A DNA stretch of 38,920 bases from Deltaproteobacteria bacterium (GTDB taxonomy: Bacteria; Bdellovibrionota; JACOXK01; 2-02-FULL-40-11). The translations under genes and the position numbers were made by a program. Location of the stretch: the NCBI GenBank assembly GCA_023248265.1, contig JAHFEZ010000005.1, positions 1-38,920 on the forward strand, in the 5' to 3' direction. Positions 6,672 through 15,693 of the stretch are shown piece by piece (position 1 is the first letter of the stretch; every line of letters starts with the position of its first letter). The notes under the pieces were generated by a model. It searched no databases, had not been told where the DNA came from, and saw only the letters and a program-made list of their open reading frames with translations.

Positions 6672-9600
6672 ATGAAAAAATATCATGGTAGCTTCTTAGG
6701 TTGGCTCATTCCTATTGTAATCCTTGTTTTTTCTATCTCTTTTTATTTTACCAAGGGGAACCTCTTAAATTATCTTTTAAAACCCTATCTAGAAACCATT
6801 GCTTCTAAGTACTTAGATTTAAGGGTCTCTATTGAAAAAATAAATTTTTCCCTTTTGAGGGCTTCTTTAACCATTGAGAATATAAAAATGGAGGGACATT
6901 CAAAAACCTTTATCCACATTCCTCATCTCCGAGCCTCGGTTCAAGTTCTACAGCTTTTTGCGGGGCATCTTGCTCTCAATAAAGCCGTCATTGAAAAACC
7001 CATTTTTCACCTACACATGGAGCCTTCACAAAAACAAAAAAGACAAATTCCTTGGGTTCCTATTCTTCGCTTTGAGTTTAACAAGGTCGCTATTCAAGAT
7101 GCAAATCTCTCAATTTCACATCCAGATTATGAAATTCAAAACGCCACGGTTTCTCTCAATATCGCTCCTCACAAAAACACCGAAGCTATGATAGAAGCCC
7201 AAAGTCACAAGGGCACATTTCGTTATAAAAATTCTACCTTCTCTTTGCCTGACGCCTCTGTTACGGTATCTTTTAGCGATAACTCTCTTTACTTTTCCAA
7301 TCTCACTTTGATTCCTCCTAAACTTAAAGATCTTTTAGAGCTTCATGCGGAAGGCTCTTTGCTGTTTACCAAAGACAAAAAACTAGAGTCTGCTAAAATT
7401 TCCATAAATCAAGTCCCTTTTCAGCTCACAACAACTCCTTCTTCTGTTTTGTTGTCCTCAGAAAATGTCGATCTGGCCAAAATTTTTACTCAAAAATATA
7501 AACTTCAAGGCCAGGGCAGCTTCCAGGCAGAATGTTCTTTTGAAAAAAAAGAATCCCTCATAAAAACTTCCTTAACGTTTAAGAACGCTTTTTTTGAAAA
7601 CCTCTTTCTGGGAGACCTTCAAGGAAGCCTGACCGTGGCCCCTTCTTACATTTCAACAGCGTTCTTTTTCAAACATCCCCAAAGAACTTCCCAGGGGAAA
7701 CTCGTTACTTTATTTCAAAACCAGAGGGGATCTGGAAGCCTCGAAGTAAAGCAATTTTCCATTTTGGGAGAAAGTTTTTCACTTTTATCTGTTCCCTTTA
7801 CAGTATCTGAAGACAAAAGCATTCATTTCCCAAAGCTTGTTCTTCAAAAGAAAAATGGCCTTATAGAGGGGGCGGGCCTTGTTGACACGTCTAACTCTGT
7901 TCATTTCTCTTTCCTTTCCAGAGAATTGAAGTTTTCTGAATTCGACACTCTCCCTTTTTTATTAGAAGGGCCTATTAACCTCCATGGCCAGGTGGAGGGA
8001 GACTTATTGAATCCTTCTGGACAAATTTTCATCGAAATGGCTTTTGCTTCTTGGATCCAGGCAACCTTCAAAAATAGACTCTTGGATCTTCGTTCTTCCT
8101 TTCTCAACAATCAAATTACCCAGAAAGGATTGCTAAAACTAACTTCTCCGTACACTTACGAACTTCATGCTCAGTTTTTAAATGCCGACCTTGCGCCTAC
8201 GCTTTCTTTCTTCCAGAAAAAATTTATTGATTTAAAAAGCTCCTTGAGTGGAGCTCTAGATATAGAAGGGCAAGGATCCCCTGCAAAAATACTTTCAGCC
8301 TCTTTAAAATTAGACCGCCTAGATCTCCAAGGCCACGACTTTCATTATTTTAATTCTCAGCCTTTTTGGCTTGAAGCCAAACAAAGCTTCGTTCTTCTTC
8401 ACCCCTTAACCCTTTCGGGAACTGAAACACATCTTGAACTTCAAGGACAAAAAGATAGCAATGGAAAGCTGGCATTTTCTCTTGAGGGTCCTTTCAATTT
8501 TCAGCTTTTGCAACTTCTCTTACCTTTTGTTGAAAAAAGCGGTGGCAGCGCAAAAATATCAACAAAGCTTGAAGGCTTTCTTTCTCACCCAAAACTTTTT
8601 GGTAATTTTCTCCTTCAACATGGCTTTCTTAAAATAAATTCTCTGCCTTTTGCCATTGAAGACATTTCTTCTAATATTGGCTTTAGTCAAAATAAAATTT
8701 CTATTGATAAAATTACTGGACGAATCGGCGATGGTCCCGCTGATGTTCGAGGAGAAATTCTTTTGGGAGACCGCTTGGCTCCCCAATTTAATTTAAGCGC
8801 TCAAATATCCCAAACTCATTTTCCCTATCCTCCTGAACTTAAAAATCTTATTTCTGGAGAACTTACTTTAAAAGGAAATGCACGGCCGTATCAACTCAGT
8901 GGAAAAATTTTCATTCATGAGCTCCTATATAAAGAATCCTCTTTTCTCTTTTCTCAAAAAAATGTTAGCAAAGAAACGTACTTGCCTAAGGTCCCCTCCC
9001 TTGAAGCTCCCCTTCTTCAATTTGATGTTGACGTTGTGGCGCCTAAAAATATTCTTGTTAAAAATAACTTGGCCCAACTAGAAGCCCGCAGTCATCTGCA
9101 TCTGATTGGAACCAATGGAGCTCCCAATTTAGCCGGAGATATTGATGTTATTTCCGGACGTGTCTTTTTTAAAGGAAATGACCTCGAGCTCACGACAGGG
9201 CACATTCGGTTTGATCATCCGTATAGCATCATTCCTCGTTTCTTAATCAAAGCTGAAACGGCCGTTAAGGAATATCAGGTCTCTTTGGCGCTTGAAGGGA
9301 CCCCATCTAAATATACCGTTTTGCTCTCTTCGACCCCTCCACTACCAGAGGCAGATATTGTTTCACTTCTTACGGTAGGCACTACTCGAACAGACATTGA
9401 AAAAGAGGGAGGACAAACGCTTTCTTCTGCAGAACTAGGCTCCTTGCTTTTAGGAGGCTTAGAAGAACATGTTCAATCCGCCGCAAAACAGTCTTTAGGT
9501 GTGCGCCTGGGGCTTTCTCCTTCTTATTCTGATACCAAACACGCAACTGTTCCTCGTCTCTTTTTAGGAAAAAGCATTGGAAAAAAAGTGGACACTACCT

Positions 9601-9773
9601 TTACCTCCACTCTAGATCGCACGTCTATTTTTACAGATAAGGAATTTAATATTAAGCTTAATCTCAACCGCCATCTTTCTATTTTGGGTTTTTGGGAAGA
9701 TGTGAGCGATGAAGAGCTTCAAAATAACTCTAGCTTGGGATTAGATGTAAAAGCCCAATTTGAATTTCGATGA
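6672..9773 (+). CDS. tamB: TamB/AsmA-like translocation and assembly module protein (DUF490)
   Basis: N-terminal TM anchor, long beta-rich body, C-terminal LSSTPPLPEADIVSLLTVG motif typical of DUF490, ending in beta strands (GLDVKAQFEFR); coupled to the Omp85 gene. Confidence 0.88.
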   Translation: MKKYHGSFLGWLIPIVILVFSISFYFTKGNLLNYLLKPYLETIASKYLDLRVSIEKINFSLLRASLTIENIKMEGHSKTFIHIPHLRASVQVLQLFAGHLALNKAVIEKPIFHLHMEPSQKQKRQIPWVPILRFEFNKVAIQDANLSISHPDYEIQNATVSLNIAPHKNTEAMIEAQSHKGTFRYKNSTFSLPDASVTVSFSDNSLYFSNLTLIPPKLKDLLELHAEGSLLFTKDKKLESAKISINQVPFQLTTTPSSVLLSSENVDLAKIFTQKYKLQGQGSFQAECSFEKKESLIKTSLTFKNAFFENLFLGDLQGSLTVAPSYISTAFFFKHPQRTSQGKLVTLFQNQRGSGSLEVKQFSILGESFSLLSVPFTVSEDKSIHFPKLVLQKKNGLIEGAGLVDTSNSVHFSFLSRELKFSEFDTLPFLLEGPINLHGQVEGDLLNPSGQIFIEMAFASWIQATFKNRLLDLRSSFLNNQITQKGLLKLTSPYTYELHAQFLNADLAPTLSFFQKKFIDLKSSLSGALDIEGQGSPAKILSASLKLDRLDLQGHDFHYFNSQPFWLEAKQSFVLLHPLTLSGTETHLELQGQKDSNGKLAFSLEGPFNFQLLQLLLPFVEKSGGSAKISTKLEGFLSHPKLFGNFLLQHGFLKINSLPFAIEDISSNIGFSQNKISIDKITGRIGDGPADVRGEILLGDRLAPQFNLSAQISQTHFPYPPELKNLISGELTLKGNARPYQLSGKIFIHELLYKESSFLFSQKNVSKETYLPKVPSLEAPLLQFDVDVVAPKNILVKNNLAQLEARSHLHLIGTNGAPNLAGDIDVISGRVFFKGNDLELTTGHIRFDHPYSIIPRFLIKAETAVKEYQVSLALEGTPSKYTVLLSSTPPLPEADIVSLLTVGTTRTDIEKEGGQTLSSAELGSLLLGGLEEHVQSAAKQSLGVRLGLSPSYSDTKHATVPRLFLGKSIGKKVDTTFTSTLDRTSIFTDKEFNIKLNLNRHLSILGFWEDVSDEELQNNSSLGLDVKAQFEFR

Positions 9774-12514
9774 AATCTAAAACTTTTATATTTTTATCCT
9801 TGCTCATTGCCTTGGGACTCTTGGGGGTGGATCTTTTTGGTGAAACTTTTGAAGGTAAAAAAATTCAAAAAGTGTCTGTGGTGGCCCCCCCTGATTTCGA
9901 CACTTCTGAATTAGAGCAAGACCTCTCGGAATTCTCCGGCCAAAGCTTTTCCTCAAAGAAAATAGATGCCGCTTTGAAGCGCCTTTATCTTTCCAAGCGC
10001 TTTCACAATATTTCTATTCATGTCCTGGACAAAGCAGGGGGCCTTGTGGACATCTCTTTTGTCTTTGAACTTTCCAGAAAAATTGACTCTGTTGAATTTA
10101 AGGGAAATGCTTTTTTTTCAGACATCGCTCTTTTGAGATCCCTCTCTTCTAAAGAGGGAGGCTTTTTTTCTGAACAAATGCTGGTTGACGACAAAAAGGC
10201 TCTTTTGTCTCTCTACGAAGAAGTAGGTTATTTTCAAACACACATTCAAATAAAATTTTTGGCTCCCCAAAAACCTCACGTGGTTCAAGTTATCTTTGAG
10301 GTTGAAGAAGGAATTCCAGCAACCATTGAAAAAATTTCAGTCGAATCCACAGGTCGTCCTAAATCCAAATATATTCGCTCTCTTTTATCCTTAAAAGAAG
10401 GGGATCTTTATTTTCCAAAGACTCTTAGACAAGATCTCTTATACTTAAAAAACTATTTTTTCAAACAACGACATCTGGAGGCTAAGCTCTTCCCAGAAAA
10501 AATAACCTTTAATTCAGACAAAACCAGGGCCACGCTCTTTATCGCGCTGGCCCCTGGACCCCAGTATCAGTTCGAATTTGAAGGGGTCACAGTCTTCAGC
10601 CCACCTGCTCTCTTAACCCCCTTAACCAAAGAAGAGGGCAGTGGAATAGTGACTCTAGAAGATATTGCAAGCCACATTTTATCGTCTTACCGCAAAGAAG
10701 GCTTTTACCATGTCCAATTGAGCCAACACACAGACCTAGATAAAAAGAACAATAAAAAAATTATCACCTTTGTTGTTCAAGAATCCCATCGAGTTGAAAT
10801 TCAAAAATTTCTAATCCACGGCTCCCAACATTTTGATGAACCTCATTATCAACAGCTCATTCAAATACTCACACCTAGGAAGATTTATGATCCCCAAATC
10901 CTAGACACTCTGACCCAATCCTTGAAGGATCACTTAAAAAATCAGGGATTTTTATTTGCAAAGGTTTCAATCCCAAACTTAAACTGGGACGCAGATAAAA
11001 AGACCGTTACACCTGAAATTCTTATTGAAGAAGGCCCCCAAACACTCATTAAAGATGTTCAAATTCGTGGAAACCCGTCCTTTGGTAAAGAAACGCTCTT
11101 GAAAGAAATCCAGCTTTCTTTAGATGCCCCCTTAAACCCTCTAGCAATTGATGGTTATTTAAATAAACTTATTGAATTTTATCAAACCCATGGTTTTTTA
11201 AAAATGAAAATTGAAAATGCTTCCCCAGAGAAACTGATTGCTTATTCCCCAGATCGAAAAGAAGCCTACCTCAATATTCAAGTATCTGAAGGGCCTCAAG
11301 CAAAAATAGGAAACATTGTCTTTCGTGGGACAGTCCAAACACACAATCGGGTTTTAGAACGAGAGCTTACTTTTCAAAAGGGGGGGGTTTGGAATCCCAA
11401 AGAAATTCAAAAGACTGAAAGCCAACTTCTTCATCTGGGACTTTTTAGTGGCCTTCGTATTCAACCTCTTTCCGGAGATTTCCGACCTGGAGAAAATGAC
11501 GTTCTGGTTGAGGTCACCGAACGAAGACCGGGCCTGGTGGAGGTGGGAAGTGGCTTTAAAACAGATGATGGTATTCATGGATATTCAGGTGTGGCCTACC
11601 GAAATATGGGGGGGTGGAATCGCGTCATCTCTGCCCGAGGAGAGGTGAATCGAAAACTCCAGGCCTATAAATTCTTGGAACGAAAATTAGAGCTGGGTCT
11701 TTCTGAGCCTTATTTGGCTTCAATTCCATTCATGGCCAGGTTCAATATCATTCATAAAAAAGACACTACTCTTCCTTTTGATGTCCGTTCATGGGAAGGG
11801 AAATTTAGCCTTGATAAGGGCCTTTGGGATTTTTTGCGCCTCACACTTCAATACAGTTTTGAATATAGAGATATTTTCCATGCTCTAGATCCCAGAGATA
11901 TCCAAAAAAAAGGCATCGCATCTTTAGGCCCGTCCCTCCTTTTTGATTTTAGGGATAACTCTTTTAATCCTAAGAAGGGTTCTTCTCACAGCCTTTCAAG
12001 CTTCTTTTTCCTTCCTGAAATTGGAAGCAACAGCGAGGTGAGCCTTACTCGAAATCTTTTGGCCACCAGTTGGTATTTTACCCCCTGGTCATGGATTACG
12101 CTAGCTCTGTCAGGAAGAGGAGGATATGCCCATTCCTTTTCTTCTATTCATCCAATCCCCGCCGACCAACGATTTTATTTAGGGGGACGCTCTACCCTTC
12201 GGGGCTTTAAAGAAGATGTCATTGGCTCAGATACCAAAAACGCTCAAATTTTTGAAACTTCGTTTATCAACTATAAATCAGACCTACAATTTCATGTTTT
12301 TTCAGATTTTGGAGTTGCGCTCTTTTTTGATGGAGGAAATGTTTTTTTTGACAGTCCTACCTCCAAGGGCCGCTTTAGACATTCTATCGGACCCGGCCTT
12401 CGATATGCAACGCCCATTGGTCCCATGAACCTTGATTTTGGTTTTATTTTGGCCCGAAACAAAGCGGCCAACGAACCCATGGGAAGGCTTCATTTCTCTA
12501 TAGGATTATTTTGA
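9770..12514 (+). CDS. Omp85 (BamA/TamA) family outer-membrane insertase with about 7 POTRA domains
   Basis: Signal peptide, seven POTRA-like repeats, RFYLGGRSTLRGF lid motif, GLRYATPIGPMNLDFG, C-terminal HFSIGLF. Confidence 0.93.
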   Translation: MKSKTFIFLSLLIALGLLGVDLFGETFEGKKIQKVSVVAPPDFDTSELEQDLSEFSGQSFSSKKIDAALKRLYLSKRFHNISIHVLDKAGGLVDISFVFELSRKIDSVEFKGNAFFSDIALLRSLSSKEGGFFSEQMLVDDKKALLSLYEEVGYFQTHIQIKFLAPQKPHVVQVIFEVEEGIPATIEKISVESTGRPKSKYIRSLLSLKEGDLYFPKTLRQDLLYLKNYFFKQRHLEAKLFPEKITFNSDKTRATLFIALAPGPQYQFEFEGVTVFSPPALLTPLTKEEGSGIVTLEDIASHILSSYRKEGFYHVQLSQHTDLDKKNNKKIITFVVQESHRVEIQKFLIHGSQHFDEPHYQQLIQILTPRKIYDPQILDTLTQSLKDHLKNQGFLFAKVSIPNLNWDADKKTVTPEILIEEGPQTLIKDVQIRGNPSFGKETLLKEIQLSLDAPLNPLAIDGYLNKLIEFYQTHGFLKMKIENASPEKLIAYSPDRKEAYLNIQVSEGPQAKIGNIVFRGTVQTHNRVLERELTFQKGGVWNPKEIQKTESQLLHLGLFSGLRIQPLSGDFRPGENDVLVEVTERRPGLVEVGSGFKTDDGIHGYSGVAYRNMGGWNRVISARGEVNRKLQAYKFLERKLELGLSEPYLASIPFMARFNIIHKKDTTLPFDVRSWEGKFSLDKGLWDFLRLTLQYSFEYRDIFHALDPRDIQKKGIASLGPSLLFDFRDNSFNPKKGSSHSLSSFFFLPEIGSNSEVSLTRNLLATSWYFTPWSWITLALSGRGGYAHSFSSIHPIPADQRFYLGGRSTLRGFKEDVIGSDTKNAQIFETSFINYKSDLQFHVFSDFGVALFFDGGNVFFDSPTSKGRFRHSIGPGLRYATPIGPMNLDFGFILARNKAANEPMGRLHFSIGLF

Positions 12515-12539
12515 CAAAAAAAACACCTCTTGATACAAA
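12511..12539 (+). promoter_or_regulatory. sigma70 promoter for surA (predicted leaderless transcript)
   Basis: TTGACA at 12511-12516, 17-nt spacer ending TGA, TACAAA at 12534-12539; the predicted +1 falls on ATG 12546. Confidence 0.55.
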
Positions 12540-12545
12540 AGCGTC

Positions 12546-13433
12546 ATGGCTATTCATAAGTTTTTGTTTTTGCTTATTTTTTTCTTTTCTTTTGTGTGCT
12601 CCACTTATGGCAAAGTTGTAGATCGTATTGTGGCCATCATTAATGATGACATCATCACTCAATCCGAACTTAAAGAGTCTCAAAAAAACTTAAATACTCT
12701 CATTGAAGAAAAGCTTACCAAACAACTTGTTAAGAAACTAGACCTCTCCTCAGGCCCAGAAGAAGTTTCAGCCCAGATTAGTACTATTTTAAAAGCTCAA
12801 GGGATTACCCAGGCTCAACTTATCGACTTTTTAAAACAACGGGGCTTAAGTTTTAAAAAATACCAAGAAAACATTAAGCGCGGCATCGAACAACAAAAGC
12901 TTTTAGAAAGAGAAATTAAATCTTCTATTGTGATTAAAAAAGAGGACGTTCGCGCTTACTATTACAACTTTGTCAAAGATAAATCCTCGAAAAAAAAATA
13001 CCACTTAAGACAGATTTTTTTTCCAGCAGAGACCCCCTCTGAAAAATCAGAAAAATTAAAAATAGCCCAACAGGCGTACTCAGAATATAAAAAGGGGATT
13101 CCGTTTGAAGAGATTTTGACTAAATATAGCGGCGATGACGCTGCCAAGGAATCCAAGGGTGATTTGGGTTTTTTAGAAGATTCTGATTTAAGTGCTCCTT
13201 TTAAAAAAGCCTTGCAGGGCCTTTCTCAAAAAACTCTAAGCGCCCCCTTTGAAACTCCTGCAGGACTTCACCTTATTGAAGTTTTGGAAATCTCTTCCTT
13301 GGGAGGGAAAAGCTTTGAAGAAGCCAAAGATGAAATTCAAAAAACACTCTATGAAAAAGAATTTCAAAGGGTTTTTGACCAGTGGCTAAAAACGAAAAAA
13401 GAAGAAGCGTATATTAAAATACTTTCTCGATGA
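12546..13433 (+). CDS. surA: SurA-like periplasmic chaperone / parvulin PPIase
   Basis: Signal peptide, VVDRIVAIINDDIITQSEL, YHLRQIF, GDLGFL, PFETPAGLHLI; a single parvulin domain; precedes pdxA. Confidence 0.85.
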   Translation: MAIHKFLFLLIFFFSFVCSTYGKVVDRIVAIINDDIITQSELKESQKNLNTLIEEKLTKQLVKKLDLSSGPEEVSAQISTILKAQGITQAQLIDFLKQRGLSFKKYQENIKRGIEQQKLLEREIKSSIVIKKEDVRAYYYNFVKDKSSKKKYHLRQIFFPAETPSEKSEKLKIAQQAYSEYKKGIPFEEILTKYSGDDAAKESKGDLGFLEDSDLSAPFKKALQGLSQKTLSAPFETPAGLHLIEVLEISSLGGKSFEEAKDEIQKTLYEKEFQRVFDQWLKTKKEEAYIKILSR

Positions 13434-14350
13434 AGCCTATCATTGCTATCACGCAGGGCGAAGCTAGGGGCATTGGCCCTGAAATCATTATAAAGGCCCT
13501 TCAAAAGCCTTCCATTTTTAAGTTGTGTACCCCTATTATTATTGGAGAGGCTAAGTATTTTAAGCCTCTTCAAAAAAAAGTCCTTATTCTTCCCCCACTG
13601 GCTTCTCATACGTCTTGCTACGGCGCTCTAAAACACGCCGCTCTTCTTTGCTTAGAAAACAAAGCTTCTGCCTTCGTTACGGCACCCGTAGATAAACACG
13701 AAATTACTCAAAAAGAAGGGGTTCGTTTCACCGGCCACACAGAATTTCTCAAAAACATGTGCGAGCGTTATTTCAAGCGCCCCTTCCATCCCACTATGTT
13801 TTTTGTCTCCCCCAAAGAACGGATTGCTTTGGTAACAACGCATCTTGCCCTGAAAAATGTTTCTAAAGCGCTTTCTCCAGAGCTCCTCCGAAAAACAATC
13901 TTTAATGTTCATGCTGGCCTTCAAAGCCTTTTTCAAATTCCCAACCCCAAGCTTGCTCTTTTGGGATTGAATCCCCATGCAGGAGAGGGGGGGCTCTTAG
14001 GAAAAGAAGAAGAAACTATTTTAAAGCCTGCTCTTCAGTGGGCTCATCGCCAAAACATTCATCTTTCGGGACCTTATGCAGCAGATAGTTTTTTTGTGGA
14101 CCGCTGGCGTTTTTTTGATGCTACCCTTGCTCTTTATCATGACCAGGGCTTAACCCCCTTTAAAGCTAGGAATTTCCATTCTTCAACCAATGTCACCCTG
14201 GGGCTTCCCCTCATTAGAACCTCTGTTGACCACGGGGTAGGATATGATATTTCTGGAAAGAACAAAGCCAATCCTTTAAGTATGCAGGTAGCCATTGAAT
14301 GGGCGGCTAAATTGGCAAAGCGGAGGAAAAATATTCCATGGGAAATGTAA
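13430..14350 (+). CDS. pdxA: 4-hydroxythreonine-4-phosphate dehydrogenase
   Basis: GIGPEI, TAPVDK, GHTEFL, GLNPHAGE, YHDQGL, NVTLGLPLIRTSVDHG. Confidence 0.95.
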   Translation: MKPIIAITQGEARGIGPEIIIKALQKPSIFKLCTPIIIGEAKYFKPLQKKVLILPPLASHTSCYGALKHAALLCLENKASAFVTAPVDKHEITQKEGVRFTGHTEFLKNMCERYFKRPFHPTMFFVSPKERIALVTTHLALKNVSKALSPELLRKTIFNVHAGLQSLFQIPNPKLALLGLNPHAGEGGLLGKEEETILKPALQWAHRQNIHLSGPYAADSFFVDRWRFFDATLALYHDQGLTPFKARNFHSSTNVTLGLPLIRTSVDHGVGYDISGKNKANPLSMQVAIEWAAKLAKRRKNIPWEM

Positions 14351-15693
14351 ACCCAGAAATTTTTAGAGAATATGACATTCGAGGAATTGCAGAAATCGAT
14401 TTTTCAGAATCTTTTGCCCAAGATCTAGGAAGGGCCATAGGAACCCTCCTTCAAGAAAAGAAGGAATCCCTCATGGCCGTGGGGAGAGATTGTCGCATCA
14501 CTTCTGAAAAATATACCCAAGCCCTCGTCCGGGGCCTTTTAAGTACGGGAACTCACGTTGTCCACCTAGGTATTTGTCCAACCCCCTTGATGTATTTTTC
14601 CATTTTTGATCAAGAATTTACTCATGGTGTTGAAGTAACCGGAAGCCACAATCCCGCAGATTACAACGGCTTTAAGATCTGTCTTGATAAAAACACTCTC
14701 TATGGCCCCCATATCCAAGATCTTAAAACAAGAATCTACAAAAAAAAGTTTTATACAGCCCCAAAGCCAGGCGCCCTTTCTTTCTTTAATATTCATAAGG
14801 CTTACCAAGATTACATTTTCCAACACATCAAGCTTTCACGCCCCCTACATATTGTCGTAGACGCTGGCAATGGGGTCGCGGGCCCGCTGGCTCCTGCCTT
14901 ATTTCGAACCCTAGGGTGCACTGTCAGCGAGCTTTTTTGTGACATGGATGGTCATTTTCCAAACCACTTTCCAGATCCTACTGTTCCAGAAAATCTCAAA
15001 CATCTTATCTCAAAAGTTAAAGAAGAAAAAGCCGACCTAGGGATTGCCTTTGATGGAGACGCCGATCGTATCGGTGTTGTAGATTCCCATGGCTCTGTGA
15101 TCTGGGGGGATAAGCTTCTCATCCTTTATGCCAGAGAGGTTCTCAAATACCATCCCGGGGCAGCCGTGATTGCAGAGGTGAAGTGTTCAAATCAGCTTTT
15201 TTCGGACATCAAAAAACAAGGGGGGCGACCTATTCTTTGGAAGACAGGACACTCTTTAATTAAATCTAAGATTAAAGAAGAAAAAGCTCTCTTGGCTGGA
15301 GAAATGAGCGGGCATATGTTTTTTGCTGATCGCTATTATGGATTTGATGATGCCATTTATGCCGCGTGTCGACTTCTTGAAATTGTATCGAGCTCGAATA
15401 GGTCTCTTTCGGATTTGCTCTCCGATATTCCTCAAACTTTTTCTACTCCAGAAATTCGCATTCCCTGTCCTGATGAAAAGAAATTTGATGTCGTAGAAAA
15501 AGCCAAACGTTATTTCAAGTCTCGCTATGACACCATAGACATCGATGGAGTACGAGTTGAGTTTTCAGATGGATGGGGCCTGGTTCGCGCTTCTAATACC
15601 CAGCCTGTTTTGGTTCTCCGATTTGAGGCATCTTCGGAACACCGCCTTCAAGAAATCAGAGCTCTCATTGAAAATAAACTCAAAGAATTATGA
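14338..15693 (+). CDS. algC: Phosphomannomutase/phosphoglucomutase (AlgC-like)
   Basis: FREYDIRG, TGSHNP phosphoserine loop, FDGDADR, GEMSGH, VRASNTQP. Confidence 0.93.
   Translation: MGNVNPEIFREYDIRGIAEIDFSESFAQDLGRAIGTLLQEKKESLMAVGRDCRITSEKYTQALVRGLLSTGTHVVHLGICPTPLMYFSIFDQEFTHGVEVTGSHNPADYNGFKICLDKNTLYGPHIQDLKTRIYKKKFYTAPKPGALSFFNIHKAYQDYIFQHIKLSRPLHIVVDAGNGVAGPLAPALFRTLGCTVSELFCDMDGHFPNHFPDPTVPENLKHLISKVKEEKADLGIAFDGDADRIGVVDSHGSVIWGDKLLILYAREVLKYHPGAAVIAEVKCSNQLFSDIKKQGGRPILWKTGHSLIKSKIKEEKALLAGEMSGHMFFADRYYGFDDAIYAACRLLEIVSSSNRSLSDLLSDIPQTFSTPEIRIPCPDEKKFDVVEKAKRYFKSRYDTIDIDGVRVEFSDGWGLVRASNTQPVLVLRFEASSEHRLQEIRALIENKLKEL

Noticed and set aside
10271-10286. CACGTG-centred palindrome as an extra parS
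   Set aside because: The flanks do not match TGTTT/AAACA.
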